DNA of 64,000 nt from a virus (IMGVR_UViG_3300037067_013058:1-64000); one strand, 5' to 3'. Shown: positions 1-9,260, counted from the first letter of the stretch. Numbers and translations are program-made. Notes: generated by a model not told the origin, from the letters alone.

Positions 1-40
1 ATGGTTTACCTGATCTTTTGTGGCTTCTTCGTTTTCCATG

Positions 41-223
41 TTAAATACCTCGGTCTTGGATATATACCCGGTGGACATTGTTCTTATAGCGATATATCTT
101 TAATATCCCCCCGCATTTTTCGCACCTGTAATCAAGCTCCTCGGGACGTTCATCAGTGTCATTAAAATATTCCTCAACTTCGTGGTCACAACTGCAACAA
201 CGATATGCTTCCAGTCTAGCCAT
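41..223 (-). CDS. small zinc-ribbon protein (FmdB-like)
   Basis: YRCCSCDHE...YRCEKCGG, two CxxC pairs in 60 aa. Confidence 0.5.
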   Translation of the reverse strand: MARLEAYRCCSCDHEVEEYFNDTDERPEELDYRCEKCGGILKIYRYKNNVHRVYIQDRGI

Positions 224-426
224 TACTCTTCTCCCTTCTTTTCTGCCCGTTCTTTTGCAGCCTTAACTACAAATTCCGGAATATAAAAAGGCAATAACTC
301 GCCTGTTTTCAAAAAGTGCTGATAAGACTCAGTAAGCGCAGCCACCCAATCCATGCAGGATGATTGGTAAGACATTCCTGATCGAATGCCCCTTTGAACA
401 ATCTTTTCTTCGTATTTCTCAGCCAA
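223..426 (-). CDS. hypothetical protein
   Basis: 67-aa ORF abutting its neighbours. Confidence 0.5.
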   Translation of the reverse strand: MAEKYEEKIVQRGIRSGMSYQSSCMDWVAALTESYQHFLKTGELLPFYIPEFVVKAAKERAEKKGEE

Positions 427-808
427 GGCAATTCCTCCGGATTAGTTCGTTGTAAATATCGTCTTCAACTGTACGAGGGGGAATTGGAAAACCCCAATAA
501 CCCTTAACATAAACAGTACCAATAGTTGAAGCAAGTTCCATTTCTAAAGTCATCGGTCTTCCAACATAAAAAGTAAGATTGCTCTCAGAAGCTTCAAAAA
601 GTGATTCATCTGTTGGAAAAAGATCATTTAACTCTGCGTCAATCTTTTCCTGAACTTCGTGCTGCGCTTTCAGCAGCATGTTCTCCCCCGCACCTATCAT
701 TCCAGGGGTTGCGTGATCAAGTCCCTCCATAAGCAAAGCCCCATCAAAGGAGGCACTGAAATATTCCTTACCTCCAGCAAGATAATTAGATTCACCCATT
801 TTCAACAC
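419..808 (-). CDS. hypothetical protein
   Basis: 129-aa ORF overlapping the MTase stop. Confidence 0.55.
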   Translation of the reverse strand: MLKMGESNYLAGGKEYFSASFDGALLMEGLDHATPGMIGAGENMLLKAQHEVQEKIDAELNDLFPTDESLFEASESNLTFYVGRPMTLEMELASTIGTVYVKGYWGFPIPPRTVEDDIYNELIRRNCLG

Positions 809-2222
809 CTTTCTCTAAGTCTTCACGCGCCTTAGTTATACGAGCTTTAGCAATTTCTATATAATTTTCATCTTTCTCAATTCCGATAAAATCAAATCCT
901 TCCAAATGGGCTGCAACACCTGTGCTACCACTGCCCATAAAAGGATCTAAAATAATTCCACCAGACCGTGTTACAAGTTTGCAAAGATAACGCATAAGAG
1001 ATTGTGGTTTTACTGTAGGGTGGGTATTTCCTGAACCCCTATCCTTTTTACTGGCTTTGGCGCAGTAGAAAAAACGGGCAGCACTTCCAGCATCGTTACG
1101 CCTCTCAATAGGTACTGTTCGGTTGTTGTGCGCGTTCCAGCCGGAATCTTGCCCAAGTGCCGTTCCGCCTGACGAATCGCCTCCTTTTCCACTAGATTGA
1201 GGAAATAGATTCACAGCATCTTCACTCCCGTCATGAATTAAATTTGCAGGCCAGCGACCCAACCCCCCGCTATTGTCAACTAAAGATGCAGTTTGTTGCA
1301 TCCTACATAGAGGCTTTGCTTTTGGATCTCCGTCATTAACCTTGTTTTCAATAGGTTTGGCGTTATTGAATCTTCCTAAACTCTCCGCTGTTTCAACCCT
1401 ACAACCATCAATATTAATTACGCCCGTTCCATACCTCAATACATTAGCAGCAACGGTTCCAATCAATGGCTTTCTTGCTACAATAATAGGTTCCCACGCT
1501 GGCTTGAGCGCAGTGCCCCATCCGTCCCACTGCTTTGCTTTTTCGTGTTCCGGTGCAGTTATCTCCCAAGTTTTATATTCTACAGAAGCTCCTAGAGTTG
1601 GAAGGGCAGAACCAGATCCCTGGGCACGGGCTTTTGTAATTGTACCCAATACACGTCTTTCAACCTCTTCTATAGGCTCAAAAGGAAGATCAAGAATCTC
1701 ACATACTTTATTAAATTGAGAAGAAGTGGGAAGACCGTATCCAAGTTCCCAATTTACTACAAGGCCCCCATGATTTATATTTTTGTAAAATCCTCCCCGT
1801 TCAGCAAGATCGTGTGCACTAATACCACGGCTTTCCCGTTCTTTTCGGAGCCAAGGACCAAACCATGAAATATTAGCACCCCCAACTTTGTCGATAGCCT
1901 TGCTCACATCCAGGCTCTTGGGAAAACCCGACCCATAAACCCACATTACACAATCACGAATTTCAAATCCTGCATCTTCAATTGCACACGCCAAACGATG
2001 AAAAGTCCTTGTTCCACCAAATGCAAGTAAATATCCACCGGGCTTCAAAACACGCAAAGCCTCAACCCAAAAAGGTGTTCCGGGAATACCATGATCCCAA
2101 TTCTTCCCCATAAAAGCCAAACCATAGGGAGGATCAGTGACAATGCTATCTATGCTTTCTTCTTCCATAAGAGGCATTTCGACTAAACAATCACCACAAA
2201 CCCCATAACTTTTATCAAACAT
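792..2222 (-). CDS. DNA amino-methyltransferase (N6-A/N4-C, beta class) with inserted XRE-type HTH
   Basis: N-terminal VTDPPYG catalytic motif; C-terminal HPTVKP and ILDPFMGSGSTG SAM-binding motif; HTH-like insert LRKERESRGISAHDLAE...VVNWELG. Confidence 0.9.
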   Translation of the reverse strand: MFDKSYGVCGDCLVEMPLMEEESIDSIVTDPPYGLAFMGKNWDHGIPGTPFWVEALRVLKPGGYLLAFGGTRTFHRLACAIEDAGFEIRDCVMWVYGSGFPKSLDVSKAIDKVGGANISWFGPWLRKERESRGISAHDLAERGGFYKNINHGGLVVNWELGYGLPTSSQFNKVCEILDLPFEPIEEVERRVLGTITKARAQGSGSALPTLGASVEYKTWEITAPEHEKAKQWDGWGTALKPAWEPIIVARKPLIGTVAANVLRYGTGVINIDGCRVETAESLGRFNNAKPIENKVNDGDPKAKPLCRMQQTASLVDNSGGLGRWPANLIHDGSEDAVNLFPQSSGKGGDSSGGTALGQDSGWNAHNNRTVPIERRNDAGSAARFFYCAKASKKDRGSGNTHPTVKPQSLMRYLCKLVTRSGGIILDPFMGSGSTGVAAHLEGFDFIGIEKDENYIEIAKARITKAREDLEKGVENG

Positions 2223-2227
2223 TCTAA

Positions 2228-3361
2228 TTAACCTTGCTCAACTTCTGTTAAAACCTCAAACATCTTTTCTCTTCCTAACGTGCCAAGAGATCCAAAACCA
2301 CTGTCAATATACAATTCCAAATCATGTCCTATATTACGGGACTGTGACAAATCTATTACCGCATCCCGTGATTCAATTTCGTAATCCCGTGCTATATCCA
2401 TTTTCCTGGCACCAAGGATTTCGACATAATTCTTCCAGCGTGTGTCATCCGCTACTCTATCCACGTCACATTTCTTACCCGTTAGCTTTACTTCAATTCG
2501 CTTATCCTTTACCAAATCTTCATCAATTTTTATTTGCTCGAAATTCGTTTGCGGACCAACATCAAAGGATAAGCAAGAAAATAGTGGCTTGGTTGGTACA
2601 AATTGCGTAGTAATTTCCCAAGCGCCTGGACCACCCTTTACTTCAACTTCTACCCATCCACGCTCCTTGTCGGCATCAGCGCGTGTTCTCTGTAATACTG
2701 CGCCAACATAGCCACCCTTTGGCACATTCTTTAGTGGGAATGGTTGAGGTACATGGATATCACCAGCAAGAACCATGTCAAATTCTGGCCGATCAATCTC
2801 GGAAATTTCAATGCCCGAATCAAATCGCATCTTTTCCGAATCATCCATGAACGAGCCTTTTAGCATATCATGGAAAAGAAATAGATTGAATTGCTTGGGA
2901 TCTGTGCCAAATTTAGCAAAATCAAATTTGCTACCTGCTGGGAGAACATGCAACAAAACCTCTGGATAATGCTTACCCAATATCATAACTGGATACGTTT
3001 TCGCTTCATCCATAATGCACAATTTCCCAGTGAACCTTGATAACCATTTCAATGATTCGCTAGTGTGCCACCTCATCGAATTAGTTACCCAGTCATGATT
3101 ACCAATAAGGCTGTAATGTGGTGCTCTGCGATTTTCATTACCTAAGATGGATAAGAGTACCTGATCAGCCTTAGTCTTTATTTCGTCTTCTGGATTACGC
3201 TTGAGAAAACGGTCACCAATAAATATAGTGAAATCAAAGTCCCCTTCACTAACTCGTTGGTGAACCTGTTTCTCAACTTCCGCACAATCGTCGAAAGTTA
3301 CACATTGAGCGGCTAACCGATCATAGTGCAAATCAGCATAAGCAATGAATTTGAAAGACAT
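2228..3361 (-). CDS. Mre11/SbcD-like metallophosphoesterase nuclease (gp47-like)
   Basis: ADLH, FIGD, IGNHD, FHD and LAGDIH phosphoesterase motifs; adjacent to recA. Confidence 0.8.
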   Translation of the reverse strand: MSFKFIAYADLHYDRLAAQCVTFDDCAEVEKQVHQRVSEGDFDFTIFIGDRFLKRNPEDEIKTKADQVLLSILGNENRRAPHYSLIGNHDWVTNSMRWHTSESLKWLSRFTGKLCIMDEAKTYPVMILGKHYPEVLLHVLPAGSKFDFAKFGTDPKQFNLFLFHDMLKGSFMDDSEKMRFDSGIEISEIDRPEFDMVLAGDIHVPQPFPLKNVPKGGYVGAVLQRTRADADKERGWVEVEVKGGPGAWEITTQFVPTKPLFSCLSFDVGPQTNFEQIKIDEDLVKDKRIEVKLTGKKCDVDRVADDTRWKNYVEILGARKMDIARDYEIESRDAVIDLSQSRNIGHDLELYIDSGFGSLGTLGREKMFEVLTEVEQG

Positions 3362-3373
3362 ATTCTTTGTCCC

Positions 3374-3649
3374 CTATACAATATCAGGCAACAAATATTT
3401 CCAAAAACTGTCCCATTCTTTAGTAAAATGCGTCTGAACTTCTTCCTCACTCATTGGACCAAACTCATTACAAAAATAACCCATATGATCCTCGCTGCCA
3501 ATATCCACACCACTAAAATAAGCAGGGATATATGGAACAAATATAGTGGAAGTTACTCTATACTCTAAACAATTTTTGCACAGTCCGTGCTTACCAACAA
3601 GTACGTCTTTTCCACAAAGAATACAAATATTGTCAATTTCAGCCCTCAT
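3374..3649 (-). CDS. hypothetical protein (CxxC pairs)
   Basis: CILCG...CKNC; coupled to upstream ORF. Confidence 0.5.
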   Translation of the reverse strand: MRAEIDNICILCGKDVLVGKHGLCKNCLEYRVTSTIFVPYIPAYFSGVDIGSEDHMGYFCNEFGPMSEEEVQTHFTKEWDSFWKYLLPDIV

Positions 3650-3951
3650 GCGTCCCCTATGTGATTTAATGCTGACGAATTTGCTGCTGTTACAAAGGCC
3701 AAAAGAATTGGGCTAATACCAGAAAGGAATTCTACCAATTTCCTTTGCAAAAAATCTTCGGGCATTCCCGGAAGAGCAAATGGAGAAGTCTTTAGAAAAC
3801 GAGCTACAAGATATTTGTTGAGAATATTCATGTCTTCAAGGAGCAAATCGTTACTTAAACTTTCCATGTACTTGGAAGCATAAGCAAGTAGTTGAGCGTC
3901 TGAGAAATTAGATTCCATAGTGTGTGCGTACTGCTTTCTCAAGTTGTGCAA
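3646..3951 (-). CDS. hypothetical protein
   Basis: ORF following the recA C-half; true start probably MESNF. Confidence 0.45.
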   Translation of the reverse strand: MHNLRKQYAHTMESNFSDAQLLAYASKYMESLSNDLLLEDMNILNKYLVARFLKTSPFALPGMPEDFLQRKLVEFLSGISPILLAFVTAANSSALNHIGDA

Positions 3952-4729
3952 GAAGTTCAGGATTATTTTTTAGGGCTTCCCATGCATTGTCCTTACCTTG
4001 ACCAATACATTCGCCATTGAAATCCAACCATGCGCCACGCTTGGAAACTACACCACAATTCATTCCGCAAAGGAGAATATCTAGGGCACGGGGGACGCCT
4101 TCACCGTATCGGATTTCTGTTTCTGCTACTTTGTATGGAGGAGCAACCTTGTTCTTCACTACCTTTATTTCTGTCAAATTGCCTAGAATATCTTCACCCT
4201 TCTTTATCTGCGCCTTACGTCTAATATCCAAGCGAATAGAAGCATAAAACTTTAGCGCATTTCCACCAGAATTGTGAGATAAAACCCCCTCTGAAAAATA
4301 ACAACCATTTTCCATCTTAACATCTACAACCGGAATTAGCTTATCTGAAGGTCTGACAAAAATCGGCTGCGATGCTACCCCCGAAGGTTTTTCAGAAAGA
4401 ACAGAATATTGTAGCAAAGAGGTGGAAAGATCAGCTAAAGACACCCAATCATAATTTTCATCCTTATACTTTGCATAAAGAAAATGCTCTGGGCTCCCTG
4501 AAAATAAATAATGAAACCCCCCAGGCCCTTTTTCATAGACCTTATACTCCTGTCTATCATTTTTTCTAATAATTCCCAAAATTTTGCTTTTAACAATCTC
4601 CCCCCCAGCATAAGACTTTAAATACTTGTTCTGATCAGATACATCAATCATCTTTCCAATTTCCATATTCTGGATCTGGAACCCGAGTTGCTTGAAAAGT
4701 TCTTCCATCGAAAGTTGCTGTGTATTCAT
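3908..4729 (-). CDS. recA: split-intein C-fragment (~153 aa) fused to RecA C-terminal half (120 aa)
   Basis: ATG at 4729 with GGAG SD; intein block B-like SGSPEH, block F VVDVKM, block G SHN followed by S; then SGGNALKFYASIRLDIRR...KVVKNKVAPP...IGQGKDNA of RecA. Confidence 0.9.
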   Translation of the reverse strand: MNTQQLSMEELFKQLGFQIQNMEIGKMIDVSDQNKYLKSYAGGEIVKSKILGIIRKNDRQEYKVYEKGPGGFHYLFSGSPEHFLYAKYKDENYDWVSLADLSTSLLQYSVLSEKPSGVASQPIFVRPSDKLIPVVDVKMENGCYFSEGVLSHNSGGNALKFYASIRLDIRRKAQIKKGEDILGNLTEIKVVKNKVAPPYKVAETEIRYGEGVPRALDILLCGMNCGVVSKRGAWLDFNGECIGQGKDNAWEALKNNPELLAQLEKAVRTHYGI

Positions 4730-5702
4730 TAAAATCTCCGTTCGTATCAATCATTCTCTCAAATACTATAGGGTTATAGGAATACAGTGTTTTCTTACCT
4801 GTCCCCCTTTGCGAATCCGGAAGCCTAGTACGGACACTAATTCTTTTATTTCCAACCTCAGTTAAAATTCCTAAATATTTTAAATATGCTAACCTTGCCA
4901 AAACCCCATTTCCAAAACTGGGAACAAGTGGATGACAATTTTGTATCATAGAATCGCTAAGAGTGTCATCTAAAAGATATTCCAACATTTCAGGAATATC
5001 AGGAACAAAAACACCCTTTAATGCTTTATATTCTGTGTATGAGTTAGGAATCGATTCTATTTTTGCAGAAACTTTACTTTTGGCTGCTTGCACACGACCT
5101 GCCGGATCTTTTGAAAAATAATCCATATATTGGGAAAACCCGCTAACTTCAATATAGCCCTTGAACTGGTAGTATGCAAGGGCTCTGTGCAATTTAACAG
5201 ACATTCCAAGCCGCTTATTTACCAAACCACTAATAAATCTGTCCGGTAAATTGGTGCAGCAAGAATAATAACAAACCATGGGTGCAATTCTTTCGTACAC
5301 ACCCAACCAACGCTTGACAAAATCTGGATTCCCATATCCACGACTTGCCTCGGAACAAAGTTTTCTTGCTCTCTCGGCATAAGGACCCTGCCAAACTGTC
5401 CACCCTGCATTTGCTTCCCCACCAATAGCAACATTATAATTTGTTTTTTGGCTAACAAAATCTATATTAACTATACGTTTCTCCTCTAACAAAGCCTCTT
5501 CTCTAGAAGAATGTGTAGATAAAGTCTGTCTCAAAAAATTATTTCTACCAAATTTACTAATTGCTTGCTTCAAAACATGTCCTGACCCTAAATACCCATC
5601 CCCCAAATCATTGGTGGAATGAACACCAACATACTCCTTATTATTTACTAAACACGTTGTTTTGTACACTATGTGGTACTTTCTCTCTGGTGTATTACTC
5701 AT
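4644..5702 (-). CDS. GIY-YIG (Seg-like) free-standing homing endonuclease
   Basis: N-terminal IVYKTTCLVNNKEYVGVH...YLGSG...EE...YNVAIGG; lies between the two recA halves. Confidence 0.85.
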   Translation of the reverse strand: MSNTPERKYHIVYKTTCLVNNKEYVGVHSTNDLGDGYLGSGHVLKQAISKFGRNNFLRQTLSTHSSREEALLEEKRIVNIDFVSQKTNYNVAIGGEANAGWTVWQGPYAERARKLCSEASRGYGNPDFVKRWLGVYERIAPMVCYYSCCTNLPDRFISGLVNKRLGMSVKLHRALAYYQFKGYIEVSGFSQYMDYFSKDPAGRVQAAKSKVSAKIESIPNSYTEYKALKGVFVPDIPEMLEYLLDDTLSDSMIQNCHPLVPSFGNGVLARLAYLKYLGILTEVGNKRISVRTRLPDSQRGTGKKTLYSYNPIVFERMIDTNGDFNEYTATFDGRTFQATRVPDPEYGNWKDD

Positions 5703-5703
5703 T

Positions 5704-5732
5704 GGTATAACCTCCTATTAGGAGGTTATACC
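5704..5732 (-). promoter_or_regulatory. 13-bp perfect hairpin sequestering the endonuclease RBS
   Basis: mRNA GGUAUAACCUCCU-AAU-AGGAGGUUAUACC, then A and AUG; the SD AGGAGG lies in the 3' arm. Confidence 0.85.
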
Positions 5733-5745
5733 TTAAAATTATTCG

Positions 5746-6444
5746 CTAATCTAAAGCGAGTTCCACCTTTGTACTTGGGTGAACACAAGTAGTTTCAGGG
5801 CTGCCAAAAAGAACACCAATCTTGTAACGAATTTGATTTGTGAAATAAACCATAACGCCCGACTTAGAAACACTGCTTGTCAACTTCCTCAAACCTTGCC
5901 CCATAAGCCTTGCCTGAAGACCAACGTGGCTGTCTCCGACCTCTCCATTTAGTTCAGCCTGAGGAGTCAACGCGGCTACAGAATCAATAACAATGATGTC
6001 CCCCTTAGTCAAAATACTGGACATAAGGACAGCCATCTCTAAAGCACGTTCACCGCTATCTGGCTGATCAATAAGAAGGTTCTGAACATCCACACCAACT
6101 TTTGATGCATATCCGGTATCCAAGGCGTGTTCAGCATCGATGAAAGCCGCAACGCCACCGGCTTTTTGCACAGCAGCAATGGCATGTAATGTGCAGGTCG
6201 TCTTTCCGGCTGACTCTGGGCCATACACCTCGATAATTCTGCCATGAGGATAGCCCCCAATACCAAGAGCAATATCAAGAGAGGCAATTCCGCTGGAAGT
6301 AGAAGTAATATCTGAGACTACTCCGTCACCTTTCATCCATTGAAGGTCATTACGAAGATCCTTATTCTTCGATTCCAGAGCTTTAAGAATTTCAACAATC
6401 CTATTCGTCTCAACTACTGGTTCAGTTGGTGTTTTCTTTGCCAA
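5746..6444 (-). CDS. recA: RecA N-terminal half (219 aa) fused to 13-aa split-intein N-fragment
   Basis: [21 protein letters not shown] Walker [42 protein letters not shown], then [16 protein letters not shown]. Confidence 0.92.
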   Translation of the reverse strand: MAKKTPTEPVVETNRIVEILKALESKNKDLRNDLQWMKGDGVVSDITSTSSGIASLDIALGIGGYPHGRIIEVYGPESAGKTTCTLHAIAAVQKAGGVAAFIDAEHALDTGYASKVGVDVQNLLIDQPDSGERALEMAVLMSSILTKGDIIVIDSVAALTPQAELNGEVGDSHVGLQARLMGQGLRKLTSSVSKSGVMVYFTNQIRYKIGVLFGSPETTCVHPSTKVELALD

Positions 6445-6447
6445 AAT

Positions 6448-6705
6448 TTACTCTACCTTTTGCTTCGAAGAAAAGAGATTACCAGCATTCTTAAAATTGG
6501 CTACTTCAATAACCAAAAGTTCCGGCCCTTTCTGAAGTAAGCCCACCGAGTCTTTATTTCCGTCTTCGTATACAGGAACAAGAGTACGGTCCTTCCTAAC
6601 TAGAACCTCCAAATTAGTAAGATCAGAAAGCAAAATCTGCTGAAGTTGATAAATTGCACTGTTCAAACTTTCATTTACAGCAGAAAGATCCTTCATTTTT
6701 TCCAT
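6448..6705 (-). CDS. hypothetical protein
   Basis: 85-aa ORF with AAAGG SD between SSB-like gene and recA. Confidence 0.55.
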   Translation of the reverse strand: MEKMKDLSAVNESLNSAIYQLQQILLSDLTNLEVLVRKDRTLVPVYEDGNKDSVGLLQKGPELLVIEVANFKNAGNLFSSKQKVE

Positions 6706-6741
6706 TTTCTAACCTTTCGCTATTCCCGAATTACGAAAGAA

Positions 6742-8055
6742 CTACCACGCACGCTTACCAGGAGGGGGACCCTTCGGAGGTGTGCGACCACCAGCAGTAA
6801 CTTGTGGTACCATTGGGATGGGCGAAGCAGGTACCGGAGCCGCAGGAGCAGCAGCCGGAACAGGAGACGGTGCTGAAGGCGCTGGCATGGGCGTAGGAGC
6901 CGCCGCAGCCGCAGCGGGCATTGGAGGGGCCGTTGGTGCCGTTGCAGCGACTGGTGGGGCAACTGGAGCCGCAGGAGGGGCAGGAGGAGCAGGAGGAGCA
7001 GGGGGAGCCGCAGCAACCGGAGGACGTGCTACCGGGGCAGTCACAGGGGTAGTCACCGGGGTACTTGCTTGTGCCGCAGCCTGACCCAGATAATACCTTT
7101 GTTCATCATAAGTAATCAAGTTCAGGAACTCACTCGGATCAACCATTGCATCCACATTCTGCACATATGCTAGCCAAGACGGATCAAGCACTACCCGCCC
7201 AGGAGCAGCAACTACATCGTACTGCGTTAGCATCATCTGGCCCTGTGAGCACCTTTCCGTGTCCTTAACAATGTAAAGAACCTGAACCCCTGCCGGATTC
7301 TCCATGTTATAGAATTCCTGACCATCCGGCGACATTTCGCACAACGTTGCCAGCTTGTCAAACACCTTCCCAGGCGCGAGCCACATCTGATGCTCAATCG
7401 TTTCCTGGCCCTCACGCAGCGGCTTGACACCCGCGATTTGATCATAGTCCATAATTGGTAGAACGTACTTATCTGATGCCTGAAGCTTCCTGGCCTTCTC
7501 CCGTGCATTCTTCAGTACGGAATCCTTATTCACAAGATCATTATAACCGTCCTTGCTCAGATTCTTACGGGTTTCCTTCGTATGTCCAAGTTCCTCAAGC
7601 CTAGCATTGAACTTATTCCACCAAGCCTGTTCCTCTTCACAAAATGCACAACGAATTGGTTGGTTAAATAGAGGCTCAAACCCAAGCACTTCGGTCAGGT
7701 ACTTGTTGAAATGAATTGGACAAACCGTATTAGCAAAGCCAACTGATCCATCGGGTCGGGAATAATTGCTAACACTGTGAACCGGAACCTTGAAATAGAA
7801 TGAGCAAAGATCAGCCGGAACACTTGCCGTAGCATTGCCAGTAGCCGCCATATTGAACTTGGCTACATCATTGACCGTTGGGTTGAAAATCTTCCACCTT
7901 GACGGATAGAACGTAGGAATTAGCACACCATTATTGTGCTTCTGCTTTGCTGCATCTGGTAGTGGTGAAAAGAGCTTACTAACGCCCTTTGATGGTGTAG
8001 GATTTGTCTGATTAGCTGCCTTCTCTGCTGCGATTGGCATGTTCATCTTTCCCAT
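6742..8055 (-). CDS. putative gp32-like ssDNA-binding protein with long Pro/Ala-rich tail
   Basis: VPVH...CPI...CAFC putative Zn ligands; next to recA; low-complexity C-terminus. Confidence 0.5.
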   Translation of the reverse strand: MGKMNMPIAAEKAANQTNPTPSKGVSKLFSPLPDAAKQKHNNGVLIPTFYPSRWKIFNPTVNDVAKFNMAATGNATASVPADLCSFYFKVPVHSVSNYSRPDGSVGFANTVCPIHFNKYLTEVLGFEPLFNQPIRCAFCEEEQAWWNKFNARLEELGHTKETRKNLSKDGYNDLVNKDSVLKNAREKARKLQASDKYVLPIMDYDQIAGVKPLREGQETIEHQMWLAPGKVFDKLATLCEMSPDGQEFYNMENPAGVQVLYIVKDTERCSQGQMMLTQYDVVAAPGRVVLDPSWLAYVQNVDAMVDPSEFLNLITYDEQRYYLGQAAAQASTPVTTPVTAPVARPPVAAAPPAPPAPPAPPAAPVAPPVAATAPTAPPMPAAAAAAPTPMPAPSAPSPVPAAAPAAPVPASPIPMVPQVTAGGRTPPKGPPPGKRAW

Positions 8056-8070
8056 TTTTCAAACCTCTTT

Positions 8071-8733
8071 CTAGCTACTTTTCGAGTAGCGCATCAAATC
8101 TCGCTCATTTCTAGGAGCGGTTAACCCAGTATTACCCGGTTTTTGCTGTATTAGACCAATTACTTCCTTGATGTGGAAACTCTTAGCATTCAATCTCTCA
8201 GCTACTATACGAACAATTTCGTAATTCTCAGATAACTTACTCTCTGTATTTACGACATCTTCGTAATACCATGCTGGATCTTGGTTAATGTATCGGAACA
8301 TGGAATTCTTGTATTCTTCCAAGGATTCGCTGCAACTTGCTCGCTTATTGGCGATAAGGTAGCCAGCATTAGCAAACTGTTCCCTTTGGCTGTCGGTTGT
8401 TTCTTTACCATACATATTGATAACTGTATCGGTAATAGAATCAATCGTCGCTTTTGTTTCGCCGTAAGAAATGAGCACATCTTTAGCGAATTTCTTATTC
8501 CATGCCCACCAACGGCTTTTCCAATCCTCTTTGAAATTATCCAGCTTTGTCTTTAGCCTTAATGCAAAAGCTTCCCAGTAGGCTTGGACGCTGGCATGAG
8601 TGTGCAATAAGTCGTCAATTTCCTCATCATCGAACCTTAGCATAGCTTCGATGTCAGTTTCCGTCATAGTTTCATCAAGTGCGAAACTTAACCCAGTTTC
8701 CTTTGATGAGGATAATGTAAATTTACTTGTCAA
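8071..8733 (-). CDS. helical protein, possibly UvsY-like recombination mediator
   Basis: Predicted coiled-coil character and position next to SSB-like gene and recA; no diagnostic motif. Confidence 0.35.
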   Translation of the reverse strand: MTSKFTLSSSKETGLSFALDETMTETDIEAMLRFDDEEIDDLLHTHASVQAYWEAFALRLKTKLDNFKEDWKSRWWAWNKKFAKDVLISYGETKATIDSITDTVINMYGKETTDSQREQFANAGYLIANKRASCSESLEEYKNSMFRYINQDPAWYYEDVVNTESKLSENYEIVRIVAERLNAKSFHIKEVIGLIQQKPGNTGLTAPRNERDLMRYSKSS

Positions 8734-9260
8734 GAGTGTTCATCCTCATTCTCATCATAAATTCCCGATGTCCAATCAACACCAAGCTTACGAATCAGAT
8801 CCGTAAAGTCCTCAAGGTCATGCTTACGAATACCTGAATTTCCCTCTTTTATGTGCATCATCTCATGAAGCAATACATACTTCTCTTGCTTTTCACGTAG
8901 CCCAGTTTCGCCAGCATCAAATCGCTCAAGTGGCGCATTGTTCAAAGCAATGATGTAAGATATGTCCAGCAGATCATCAAGGAATTGCGTATGTTCAGCA
9001 GTTTCGTCAAAATCTTCAACGATAATTTGATTCTTCTTTAGCGCCATATAGGCATACCACGTTAGCATGTTCTTTGGTGGTGCAATGTACCAACACTTGC
9101 CAAGCCACTTTGCGTTGGGATCAGAGACTCTTACAAAAGCGACTTTGGTAAGGTCTACATGACCAACTTCATTTTGGAATTCAACAATAAGATCCCTTGC
9201 GACTGTCCTTAGCCCTTCATCCAGAATCCACTCACTGCCGTTTTTACTTTCGATAATCAT
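8730..9260 (-). CDS. putative phage metallopeptidase
   Basis: LLHEMMHI...HDLEDF (HExxH plus HD). Confidence 0.7.
   Translation of the reverse strand: MIIESKNGSEWILDEGLRTVARDLIVEFQNEVGHVDLTKVAFVRVSDPNAKWLGKCWYIAPPKNMLTWYAYMALKKNQIIVEDFDETAEHTQFLDDLLDISYIIALNNAPLERFDAGETGLREKQEKYVLLHEMMHIKEGNSGIRKHDLEDFTDLIRKLGVDWTSGIYDENEDEHS

Noticed and set aside
4751-5745. Group I intron interrupting recA
   Set aside because: Intein motifs lie on both sides, the non-coding gap is only ~45 nt, and the endonuclease ORF overlaps the downstream half, leaving no room for a ribozyme core.
5746-5748. TAG recoding (alternative genetic code) to explain the recA break
   Set aside because: Readthrough hits an in-frame TAA near the endonuclease start, and many other genes end normally in TAG while long ORFs are intact under the standard code.
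6720-7084. Leu/Arg-rich ORF 6720..7016 and Gly/Ala-rich ORF 6782..7084
   Set aside because: Alternative frames of the Pro/Ala low-complexity tail.
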